From: Eledone cirrhosa
Taxonomy: Eukaryota
Direction: 5' to 3'
Assembly (NCBI GenBank): GCA_964016885.1
Contig: OZ024741.1
Span: 53,816,001 to 53,880,000 of the forward strand
Length of the DNA stretch: 64,000 bases
Of this stretch, positions 44,723 to 56,592 are shown one piece after another (the first letter of the stretch is position 1; each line of letters opens with the position of its first letter). A program made the position numbers and the translations under genes. The notes under the pieces were generated by a model. That model saw only the letters and a list, made by a program, of their open reading frames with translations, was not told the DNA's origin and did no database searches.

Positions 44723-44930
44723 AGGGCGGTGGATTGGCAGCATCGGTACAGGGTCGGACGCCATGCTTTGACGCATAGAGTTACGGCCCTTGCCTTTCTG
44801 AGTTCAAATCCCGCCGAGGTTAACTTTGCCTTTCATCCTTACGGGGTCGATAAAATAAAGTACCAGTAATGCACTGGCTAATTGCTGGTCTTGTGCCAAA
44901 AGTAGAAACAATTATTATTATTATTATTAT
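44723..44930 (+). mobile_element. Full-length main-family SINE with (ATT)n tail
   Basis: GGGCGGTGGATTGGCAG...GAGTTCAAATCCC...AGAAACAATTATTATT. Confidence 0.95.
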
Positions 44931-44991
44931 ATATATATATATGTATATACATATATATATATATACATACATATATATATTTATGTGTATG

Positions 44992-45043
<52 letters not shown>

Positions 45044-45661
45044 TTTCCAACTTACTGTGTATCTATATATATATGCGTATGCGCGTGTGTGTCTGCATGT
45101 ATGTGTGTATTTTCACAAACGTGTGTTTCAAGCTATCTTGAAAAAGGTCACCAGAGATGAACTAAACATTTTATACCAGTGTATATCTTTAATTTTAATG
45201 GGTTCAATGAACTTATATATGTTGGTCTAACACTGGGTCTCATTTGACACCAACTTGTTATTTACGTTCAGTTAGCTTTGTTTCAAGAATTCCGACACAT
45301 TGCAATCTCTCGGAACAGATTTACCTCAAAATTCACCATCTACAACAACAACCAGCACCAGCAGCATCATCAGCACTACCTATACCAGCACCATTACCAC
45401 CATCACCACTGACAACAACACAACAGTTGCCATTTTTACAAAGCTCTTCAGCATCATTACTCTGCTAATGCCACCCCAAACATCAAGTCCACAACGACGT
45501 CAACAACCACCACAACCACCTCCACCACGAGCACTATCAAAACATCACCACGAGGACTACCACCTCTAAACACACAACCACCAAACCCATCGCTCACACT
45601 AGCAGCAACAGGTACAATACGAACAACAACACCACAATCTAAAGCGAATATAATGTTAGTA

Positions 45662-45932
45662 TGGATTGGCAGTATCGGTAGAACGTCAGATCCCAAGCTT
45701 GGCAGCATAGAGTTATGACCCATTATGTTCTGAGTTCAAATCCACCGGGGTGACTTCGCCTTTCATCTTTGCGGGATAGATAAAATATAGCACCAGTAAT
45801 GCACTGGGTAATTGCTGGTCTTGTGCCAAAAGTAGAAACATTATTATTATCATTATGGATTGGCATTATCGGTAGAGCGTCGTACAGCATGCTTTGTGGT
45901 ATAGAGTTACGTTCTGAGTTCAAACCCACCGC
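45662..45932 (+). mobile_element. One complete SINE followed by a SINE 5' half
   Basis: 45662-45850 complete; 45856-45932 stops just after the B box. Confidence 0.85.
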
Positions 45933-47170
45933 ATAGTGCCTCCACACTGATACCAGACCAGATCTGTCTTCGTGGTCGATTCACCTCCAGGAGGCTCTTG
46001 CTTCCCCTTGCGTAATGCAGGCCAATATCAATCAGATGCTTACTATCTAGTAGGATTGCCGACATTTTCACCCTCACCGTTCTTCTTCGTACTCCTAAAG
46101 GGAATCACGGGATGTTTTACAGACAAAGCTTCATATTTATAGAGCAGAGCACTGAAATTCCAGCAAACTAACTTGACCGCGTGATGTGTTCTACATCGAG
46201 CTTTATTTCTTTCAGTGTTGTTTCCACTTCTTCCTGATTCCTTGGTCCGGGTCTTTTCATGACTGTGGACACGCATTTGTAAGTAACCGTCTCTTTCTGC
46301 CAACATCTCAGGGAGTTTGCAACCCCAGCCGAGGATGTTTCCAATTTTATCAGTGTGCCTGCTTCAGCCAAATATGTCTCCTTTTCGGCAATGTTCATAT
46401 AAAAGAGTTCGATACTTTTGGCAGCTGATTCTGCAAAATTATTGCTCTTGTTCTTGTTGGCTTTTACTGTTATTTTTGTGGCTGTTATTGTTGCCGAGGT
46501 TAACTTTGCCTTTCATATTTCGGGGTCGATAAAATAAAGTACTAGTAATGTACTGGTTAATTGCTGGCCTTGTGCCTAAAATAGAAACAGTTATTGTTAT
46601 TATTGTTGTTCGTGTTGTTGTTGTCATTTGTGTTGTCGTCTGTGTACTTTTTATTCTTTATTTCAATTATTGCATTAGAGGTGGTGTTCGTTCTATTTCC
46701 TTTGGTTATGCTTACTTTGACTGCGGTGGGGGTGGGGGTGGGGGCAGCATTCAGAGTGGTAGCCTTTGGCAGTGGTGGAAAATTTATTTCATTCGAGGCT
46801 GCTGAGAAGAGATATTAGGTTTTGGCTGCTGCTGCTACTGGTGCTGTTGCTGCTGCTACTGGTGCTTTTGTTGTTGCTGCTGCTACTGCTATTATATTGT
46901 TTTGTTAATTTTGGCGCTTCCATTCTATGCATAGCCGGCATTAGTGTTTTTCGGACCCATATTTTAATTTCTACAAAACATTGAGTTGTGTGTTTGATAA
47001 ACAAACACAGGGTTAATCACCAAGGGATACAGGTAACGCTAAACTAACCAGCTCACAAAAATACTGGTTAGTGTAATTATCAAGCGCCAACAAATGTTTA
47101 ATACATGTTGAATTACAGAGTGAATATAGAACAAACTTTCGGAGTGATGTGTATGATCTGGAGAGGCTCA
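45933..47170 (-). mobile_element. Decayed Tx1-like 5'UTR/ORF1 fragment interrupted by a SINE 3' half (46492-46600, +)
   Basis: TVTYKCVSTVMKR...HITR parallels TVTYRTVSTKSRR...HITR in ORF 61123-61983; low-complexity N/S-rich N-terminus. Confidence 0.7.
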
Positions 47171-47189
47171 ACAACATCAGCAACAACAA

Positions 47190-47405
47190 TAATGGTTCCT
47201 TATATAGGCACAAGGCCAGCAATTTTGAGGGAGAGAAAAGTTGATTAAATCGACCTCAGTACATTACTGGTACTTTATTTTATCAACCCCGTAAGAATGA
47301 AAGGCAAAGTTAACCTCGGCGGCATTTGAACTCAGAACGTAAAAGGCCGTAACTCTATGCTGCGAAGCATGGTGTCTGACGCCATACCGATACTGCCAAC
47401 TCACC
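47190..47405 (-). mobile_element. Main-family SINE
   Basis: Reverse complement of the family consensus. Confidence 0.9.
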
Positions 47406-47430
47406 ACCACCACCATAATAATAATAATAA

Positions 47431-50400
47431 TGATTTCTTTATTGGCCACAAGGGCTGACATCAAGAAAAACACTACAGAGGGCACAGGACGGTACAGGAC
47501 TGTACGATGTGGGTTATGTGCGGGTAAATATTTTTATTATTTATATAAGAAAAGAAAAAAAAAAGGACATAGAAACATATATATATATAAACAATAAAAA
47601 TGAAAATTGAAACAATGAAAAATTCCCCAATAGGGAGGAAACCTCCGAGGGTTACTCGTGGCGAAAACCACACAAAAGACCACGGCCACCCTAACCACCA
47701 GGACAAGCGCCCTCTCTCAATTTTTCTATCTCTCAAACTACAGACGTATATTCGGACCATTCTCTCTACATTCACCCACCTTTCAACAAATTGCTAGAAG
47801 GCAGCACTTGCCTCTCCACCCTGATTTTCCTCTTCAAGTGAAACTTGAAAAAATTAATCAGGGATTCGCCGAAGAGAAAAGTGTCTGTCTTTAACCCTTT
47901 TAACCTTGTCCACCACACAATCTCTTTCGCCATGGCCACCAGGCTGATGAAAACCGCCTGCCCTTCCTCCTCGAAGGAAGACGGCGAGACCATCTGCACA
48001 ATGGACTCAGTCGACAACCGGATCAGTCCTACACGCGACAGCAACTGTTCGACATAGCTCCACAAGTCAGCAATGCTCGGACACTGAACGAGTGCGTGCA
48101 CGACGGTTTCGTCGCTCTGCGCGCATCTCGCATAGGCTCGGCTGACGGCACTTCCGTGCCTGTAAAGCTTATCTCAAACCGGCAGCACTCCCCGGTAGCA
48201 CTGCCAAGCCAGGGATTTTTTGAAGTTATCCATAGGCCCCGGGCTGAAAGTTCTCTGAAAGAGAGCAAACAGCTGATCTTCTTCGACTCCCAGGATCTCT
48301 CCAAGAATGTCGTCGGTCTTCCCCTCCACTAGTCCTCTATAGAATGCCGAGGTAGATGTTCCACCGATACTGGTGCCCAGCTGGCAGAGGACATTGAGCG
48401 CCTGGAGACATTCCAGTTTCCAAGCGCTATCCCTCGCACTTTTTCTGACCCAGGACTGCAGCTCCGTCAAGGAGACGAGCTGTGGGTAAACGTGCCTGGC
48501 GAACGGCGACCACACCTGTTCACCATCAAGAACGCACCAGAGATGTCGCAGCCTCAGCGCATATTTGCGCATCATCAGCCATGGCATGCTCAGTCCTCCA
48601 CGCAACGGGTGTTGACAGCGGATGGATCGTCTGACCATGGGAGCGTGTCCCTTCCACAAAAAGCGGAAGAGGAGGCGCTCCCTTTTGGTGAGAGTTGGGC
48701 TGGAGCAAGGGACGACGGTGAGGCGGTAGCAGATGACGGATGCGATGTACGCATTCGCCACCTCCGCCCGGCCTTTCAAGGACAGCTTCCTCTCGGCCCA
48801 TTTCTGGGTGAGGGAGGCCACCCTGCTCGTCACCTCGTTCCAGTTTTTCTCCATCTGGAGGTCCGGTCCGAACCAGACCCCTAGCAATTTAACCGGTCCG
48901 TCCGTCCAACGCCCCACAACGCTGTCGGACGGCATGGACTTGCCTCTCCAGGTGCCGAGCTGCAAGCCCACCGACTTTTCCTGGTTTATCTTTGCTCCTG
49001 TCACCGCTTCGTATTCCTTGAGAGCGGGGCCGAGCATCTGGACGTGTCTGGTGCTCGACACCACCACAGTGACGTCGTCAGCGTAAGCCGACTCGGATTT
49101 CCCGCATCCTAGTTCGCGTGGGACGACCCTCATCGCCCCCTGTTTGTGCAGTAACGGCTTGAGAGCCAATACGTACAAGAGGGACGAGAGGGGACAACCC
49201 TGGCGGACTGAGCGCATGATGCTGAATGGCTGCGACAAGTGACCGTGCACCCTCACAACTGAGCGGATGTCGCTGTACATTGCTGCGATCCAACCCCTGA
49301 AAACGGGCCGAAACCGGCTGCCTCGAGGACCGCCGCCAGTTACCGAGGGTCGACCCTATCGAATGCTTTGGATGATCCAAGTTGATCAGGGCCCCACCCG
49401 TGCCAGGTTCCTTAACTGCCCTCTCTATGATTTATCGCATGAGGTGAAGGTTGTCGTGTATGGATCTGTCCGGAATGGCGCATATCTGCGCCTCTCCCAC
49501 CAGACCCTTGACGACAAGCGCCAACCACGTTGCTAACACCCTGGCCAAAATCTTGAATTCTGCGTTTAGCAGTGATATGGGCCTGATATTATCGATAACA
49601 TCCCCCTTGTTCGGGTCTTTTCTCAGCAGCGCCACTCCTCCCCGGCTCACAAAACTGGGAATGCTCCCGTTCTGCTGCCAGTTGCAGTAGACGTCTGCCA
49701 AGAGGTCACCGAAATGGTGCCGTACTGTCTGCCCCTCTCTATGTACTGGGTGTCTTCTCTGATGCACCTCAGCGCGACTTCGACATCTTCTTGTGGGATT
49801 AAAGCTGCCCTTTTGGTTTGTGCTGAGATGCATCTATAATGCACCGTTTTGCGCTCCACTGCCTCAATAGCTTCTACCGGGACAGTTAAGTTGGCCCAAG
49901 TTTGCTCTTACTTGATGAACTTCCATGCGTTGGCCAACTTTTCATCTTTCTGTGAGAGGTCCATGTTGAAGTATGGCCTCTTTTTTGCTGCTGCCGCAGC
50001 GAAAGTGTTCTTGTTTTCGTTGGGGGTGTTGTTGACGTTGTTTTTGTTGGTGTTGTTGTTAGCACTGTCGCTGTTATCATTGTTGTCTTTGTTGCCACCG
50101 TTGTTCTCGGTGCAGTTGGTATTGTTGCTGTTGGTGTTGTCGCTATTTGTTTTCATGTTAGTGGTGTTGATATTGTTGTTGTATTTGTTATTTTTTTTTT
50201 GTTATCTGTGTTTTCGTTGTTGCTGTTACTGTCATTTTTTTTCAAAATTAGAGTTCTTATTAGTATCATTGGTGTCTTTGTTTACCTTGTTTGTGGTGGT
50301 GTTTGTGTTATCAATGTGTGTTAATTTCGCTGTAGCACTCCTCTCAACTTCTACGTCGTTGTCGCACGACAGCTGACATATCGCTGGGGGCGTGGCTCAT

Positions 50401-50576
50401 GTAAAAAAAGTTCAAATATTTGGGCCAAAAGGCCCAAATATTATACTTTCCCCTTCACGGGGCAAAGTCTAAGGGCTTATATCCCTTACACAACAAGAAA
50501 TATTTAACAACAAATAATTTTAACAGGCAAATAAAGCGACTTACTGTGAGCGAGCAAAATACGTCCGCTTAGACCA
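47431..50576 (-). mobile_element. Tx1-like LINE with both ends but a large internal deletion; frameshifted RT
   Basis: RPISLLN, VRQGCPLS, AYADDV and LLGVWF motifs; ORF1 N-terminal part joined near 49725 to the pre-RT region; (AAT)n on both sides. Confidence 0.9.
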
Positions 50577-50597
50577 ATAATAATAATAATAATAATA

Positions 50598-50790
50598 ATA
50601 ATTGTTTCTACGTTAGGCACAAGGCCAGCAGTTATCCAGTGCATTACTGGTACTTTATTTTATCGACCCCGTAAGGATGAAAGGCAAAGTCAACCTCGGC
50701 GGGATTTGAACTCAGATCGTAAAGGGACGTAACTATGCTGGAAAGCATGGCGTCCGACCCTCTACCGATACTGCCAATCCACCGCCCTAT
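50598..50790 (-). mobile_element. Full-length main-family SINE between (AAT)n tracts
   Basis: Reverse complement of the family consensus. Confidence 0.95.
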
Positions 50791-50813
50791 AATAAGAATA
50801 ATAATAATAATAA

Positions 50814-50856
<43 letters not shown>

Positions 50857-53800
50857 TGGTTTATTTAAATTAGATGAACAAAAATTGGCCGGGCAGGCTC
50901 GGGTAATAAGAACTAATGGGTGGATAAGCGAGCTGGAACTGGAGGAACTGAGCAGAGAGAATGGCTTGGAGATGGCGGGTGTAGTATGCCAGACAAGCGA
51001 GCCGGCGGGAAATGAAGGTGAGGAGGTCCTGAGAACGGAGGAACCACCCGAAGCAGACAATGATCTGAATACTGAGATAAATAATACCTGGAACAGAGAT
51101 ACGGCCACTGAGGAGATGAATGCTGACGGGCTAGGACAAGATTCGGTTGACATCCTAAATTTAGTGGTAGATGAGTTGAACAATGATAGTGGGAGACCTA
51201 TGAACCTAAGATTTGTAGACAGGAAAAAGTTAAAAGAAACAACAGCTAAGGTAAACAAAGTCATCCCATACCTTGAGGCGAGGAGTCTTCACCAGTGCAA
51301 CAATATCCTCAAAGCAACAGCAAATACGGTGAGGAAACTACTTGGTATAAAAGCGAGAGGAAACAACAGACAAGAAAGAGCAGAGCCGTGGTGGAAGAAG
51401 CGACTGAGTGGGCAAATCGGGGAAATGAGAAATGACATAGGAAAGCTTGAGTCACTACTGAATGGGACACTAAAAAACATAGGCACTAAAAATAGACTGG
51501 AAATAAAATACAAAACTAGGAGTAAAAAGCTAAATATTATCATAGAGGAATTGAAGCAACGCATTGTAGCAAAGAGTGCCAAAATCAGGCGATACGAGAA
51601 CAGAGTCAGTCAGTATAAACAGAACCGCATGTTCGACAACAACCAGAAGATGCTGTTTGGACAGCTTGAGGGGAAAGAAAGAGGCAACGACTTGATCCCT
51701 GGGGCGGAACAAGCTAAAACATTCTGGAGAGGAATATGGGAGCAGGATGTTAGACACAATGCCCAGGCAGGGTGGATTGAGACAGTACAGAGGGAGATCG
51801 GTGAGCAGGCACAACAACAGATTGATTTGAGTATCACAGTTGAAACTCTTAAGGGGCAAGCCAAAAAACTAACCAACTGGAAATCACCAGGCCCAGATGG
51901 TGTGCAGGGGTATTGGATTAAACATTTAACATCCCTCCACCCGAAGCTGACGGCCATGTTCAATGACTGCTTGGTGTCGGGTGAGGTGCCAGAGTGGTTG
52001 ACAAAAGGTACCACAGTTCTGATAATGAAAGACCGAATCAAGGGTAATGATGTTACCAACTATAGACCTATCACATGTCTGCTCGTAATGTGGAAACTGT
52101 TGACGAGCATTGTGTCTGAGGAAATCTACCATCACCTCCACACAAACAACTTGTTACTGGACGAACAGAAAGGATGCCGAAAGAAGTCACGTGGTACAAA
52201 GGACCAGTTGCTTATTGATAAGATGGTAATGGGGAATTGCAGGAGGAGACACACTGATCTTGCCATGGGATGGATAGACTACAGAAAGGCATTTGACATG
52301 GTGCCTCATTCCTGGATCACCAAAAGCCTGGAGATCTTCAGGGTGGCAGATAACATCAGACAGTTGCTGGGCAGGAGTATGGGGTCCTGGGAGACAGAGT
52401 TGACATCAACTGGAGTATCCTTGGGAAGCGTGAAGATCAAGAGAGGTATCTTCCAGGGAGATAGCCTGTCCCCTCTGTTGTTTGTCCTTGCCCTGATGCC
52501 CTTGACCATTATGCTGCGAAAAGTGAGAGCAGGATACAAGTTGGGAAGGGGAGAGCTTACCATCAATCACCTCCTCTTCATGGACGATCTTAAGCTCTTC
52601 GGGAAAAGTGAGAAGGAGTTGGATGTGCTTGTTGATACTGTCCGTATTTTCAGCAGTGATATATGTATGCAGTTTGGTATTGGTAAATGTGGAGTCATTG
52701 TGATGAAGAGGGGTAGGTTGAGCAGAAGTAACGGGATCCAGATACCAACAGGTGAGATGATAAAGGAAATTGACTCTGAGGAAGGATACAAGTATTTGGG
52801 CGTTCTGGAGGCTGATGGCATAAAGAACAAAAAAATGAAGGAATTGTCAAGAACTGAATACATTCGGAGAGTAAGGAGCGTATTGAAGTCACATCTGAAC
52901 AGCAGAAATACCATAAGCGCAGTAAATTCCCGAGCTGTGTCTATTATTAGGTACAGTGCGGGAATTCTGAGATGGAATGTTGCTGAACAAAAAGAAATGG
53001 ATAGGAAGACTAGGAAGCTATTGACTATCTACAACATGTTCCACAAGAGGAGTGATGTCGATAGACTCTACCTAAGGAGATCTGGGGGTGGAAGAGGTCT
53101 TATCAGCATAGAGGACTGTGTTCAGATGGAGAAAAACAACCTATACAAATACGTGACCTATAGTAAGGAGCCAATGCTCAGAACTGTCCTGAAGGAGGGG
53201 ACAGTAGGCCAGGGGATATCCAAGGAGGAAATAACATCAAGGAGGAAGAGCAGCCTTAAGGGAAAATCCCTTCATAGTACCTTCTTTGAGAAAACTGAAT
53301 TTAGAGATTCACAGACATGGAACTGGTTGAGAAGAGGAGACCTCAAAAAGGCTACAGAAGGAATGCTAATGGCTGCGCAGGAGCAGGCCCTCAAAACGAA
53401 GTGGTTGAAGCACCATATCTACAAGGAGGAGGCTAGCCCACTGTGCAGGATCTGTGGAGAGAGAGAGGAGACTGTGGCTCACATTGTGTCCGAGTGTAAA
53501 CACCTAGCCCAGACCCACTATAAGGGCTGGAGACACGATGTGATGGGCAGGGTGATCCACTGGTATCTGTGCAAAGTAAACAATCTACCACATTCTTAGA
53601 AATGGTATGAGCATAGGCCAGAGGCGGTGATGGAGAACAGTTAGGTGAAGGTGCTGTGGGATTTTAGGATACAGACGGACAAAAAACTGGAACACAATAG
53701 ACCTGACCTGGTGGTTATGGACAAAGAAAAAAGATCGTGCCTGATTGTGGATGTGGCCTGCCCGTTCGACACGAGAGTGCAAGAGAAGGAGAGGGAGAAA

Positions 53801-54092
53801 ATTAACCGATACCACAACCTAAAGTGGGAGGTGAAAAGGATTTGGAACTGCCATGAAGTCAAAGTGATCCCGATTGTCATAGGCGCACTGGGGACTATCT
53901 CCAAAGGTTTCCAGGGATGGTTAAAGAAAATCGGCCCCTTCACGCTTTTTGGAACGCTTCAAAAGGCATGCTTGCTTGGAACAGCAAGAACCCTCCGATA
54001 CGTCCTGAATATCTGAGGCTGCAGGTAGTGGCTTGATATTCAATCCAACGGACTTTCCAGTTAACCAACATCAATGACTGAGATTCAAGGAA
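50857..54092 (+). mobile_element. R4/Dong-like non-LTR retrotransposon (RT + CCHC + restriction-like endonuclease), probably 5'-truncated, with two premature stops
   Basis: YRPITCL, DYRKAFD, GIFQGDSLSPLLF, FMDD, CRIC..ETVAHIVSEC, RHD and RPDLV..DVACP motifs; TAG at 53597 and 53642 where copy 2 has GAG and CAG; ORF ends at 54016; (TAA)n flanks. Confidence 0.95.
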
Positions 54093-54125
54093 TAACAATA
54101 ACAATAATAATAATAATAATAATAA

Positions 54126-55200
54126 TGAAGACTAGGAAGCTATTGACTATCTACAACATGTTCCACAAGAGGAATGATGTCGATAGACTCTACTTCAGGA
54201 GATCTGGAGGTGGAAGAGGTCTTATCAGCATAGAGGACTGTGTTCAGATGGAGAAAAACAACCTACACAAATACGTGACTGATAGTAAGGAGCCAATGCT
54301 AAGAATTGTACTGAAGGAGAGGACAATAGACCAGGGGATGTGCAAGGAGGAAATATCAACAAGGAAAAGAGCAGCCTTCAAGAAAATTCCCTTCATAGTA
54401 CCTTCTTTGAGAAAACTGAATTCAGATATCCACAGACATGGAACTGGTTGAAAAGAGGAAACCTTAAAAAGGCTACAGAAGGAATGCTAATGGCTGCGCA
54501 AGAGCAGGCCCTCAAAACGAAGTGGCTGAAACACCATATTTACAAGGAGGAGGCTAGCCCATTGTGCAGGATCTGTGGAGAGAGAGAGGAGACTGTGGCT
54601 CACATTCTATCCGAGTGTAAACGCCTAGCCCAGACTCACTATAAAGGCTGGAGACAGGATGTGATGGACAGGGTAATCCAATGGCACCTATGCAAAGTAA
54701 ACAATTTACCACATTCTGAGAAGTGGTATGAGCATAAGCCAGAGGCGGTGATAGAAAACGATCAGGTGAAGGTGCTGTGGGATTTTAGGATACAGACGGA
54801 CAAGAAACTGGAACACAATAGACCTGACCTGGTGGTTTTGGACAAGGAAAAAAGATCGTGCCTGATTGTAGATCTGGCCTGCCCATTCGACACGAGAGTG
54901 CAAGAGAAGGAGAGGGAGAAAATTAACCGATACCAGGACTTAAAGTGGGAGGTAAAAAGGATTTGGAATTGCCATGAAGTCAAAGTGGTCCCGATTGTCA
55001 TAGGCGCATTAGGTACTATCTCAAAAAGTTTCCAGGGATGGTTAAAGAAAATTGGCCCCACCTCGCTTTTTGTAACACTTCAAAAGGCATGCAAGAACCC
55101 TCCGATACGTCCTGAATATCTGAGGCTGTAGGTAGTGGCTTGATATTCATTTCAACAAACTTTCCAGTTAACTAACATCGATGACTGAGACTCAAAGAAC
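54126..55200 (+). mobile_element. Second, shorter 5'-truncated copy of the same R4-like family
   Basis: Collinear with 53005-54092; frameshift near 54350 and a 14-nt deletion near 55092. Confidence 0.95.
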
Positions 55201-55220
55201 AATAATAATAATAATAATAA

Positions 55221-56312
55221 TCGTTTTGAAACACGAAAGCATCAAAAGATCATACTCCATTACAAAAGATGCACAAAGATATAGTAATGGACTACAAATT
55301 TCAGAAGTCCCATTTACTGCTGAAATGGAAAACACAGAAAAAGCAAAGCAGGTAAAAGTAACTGCAAAGAAAGAACTGCTACAGAAACTCGCTAAGAAAT
55401 GGCAAGAAAAGCCTCTGTATGGAAAATACCCAGAACGAGCTAACAATCCTGATGTTGACAAAACTTTAACCCATCAGTGGTTGGCATCCTCTGGACTAAA
55501 ATCGGAGACTGAAGGACTGATTATATCAGCACAAGTTCAGTGTCTGCCAACAAAATATTACCAAGCCAACATAATAAAAAATGGATGCAGCCCATTATGC
55601 CGTGTATGTAAAAATCAACCAGAGAGACCATTGACCATATAATTTCAATGTGCAGTCCTATATCTCCAACCGAATGCCTAAACAGGCATGACAGAGCTGC
55701 ACGATACATACATTGGATAATGTGTAAGCATTTTGACCTGCCCCATCAAAAGCATTGGTGGGAGCATCAACCACCTCCCATACTTGAAAAAGATCACATC
55801 TCAATGTTGTGGAACATTAGCATCCAAACAGACCGAAAAATAGATGCAAATAGACCTGATATAATATTGAAGGACTTTAAAAAGAGGGTATGCCTGCTAA
55901 TTGATATGTCCGTTCCAATAGACAAGAATGTATCTATAAAAACATTTGAAAAATTGAGCAAGTATAAGGACTTGGAGATAGAAATTGGAAAAATGTGACA
56001 ATTGAGAACTAAAACAATACCAGTGGTTGTAGGCGCTCTAGGAATAATACCTAAGGGGTCTAATGATTACTTATCGCAAATCCCAGGAAACCCGCGTATA
56101 GGAGAAATACAAACGATAGTACTTATGGGAACTGCCCATATACTAAGGTAGATTCTGTCAATATAAGTACATCACAAGTCTAAACACCTAAAGATGCATG
56201 TGTGAGTATGTATGTTCTTTCTTGAACATGGCGGACCTTGTTGTCTCTTGAGGTCACTGGTTGTGACTTGGTGATAACTCGTATGAACATAAAGCAAGAT
56301 AAATACAGCTGT
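55221..56312 (+). mobile_element. Third R4-like 3' fragment from a different family
   Basis: LKSETEGLIISAQ, CRVC, RHD, NRPDII, IDMSVP and EKLSKYKDL motifs; frameshift and stop; (TAA)n tail. Confidence 0.9.
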
Positions 56313-56592
56313 AATAATAATAATAATAATAATTATTATTATTATTTCTTTATTAACCACAAGTGTTTACATAAAGTACACATTAAGGACAGTCCAGGAC
56401 AATACAGGACGGTACAAATGGGCATTTCTGCGTGTAAAAAATAAAAACAGAGGATGTAAGAAAAAATAACAATGAAAAATTCCCCAATAGGAGGGAGACT
56501 TCGGAGGGACATTTGTGGAGAAAGCCCAGTAAAAGGCCACAATGACCCTGACCACCAAGGCAAGTGCCCTCTCCCAGTTTTCCACCTTTAAT

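Noticed and set aside
50735-50857. N-terminus of the 954-aa ORF as a novel fusion gene
   Set aside because: It is antisense SINE plus (ATA)n poly-Ile that happens to be in frame with the R4 ORF
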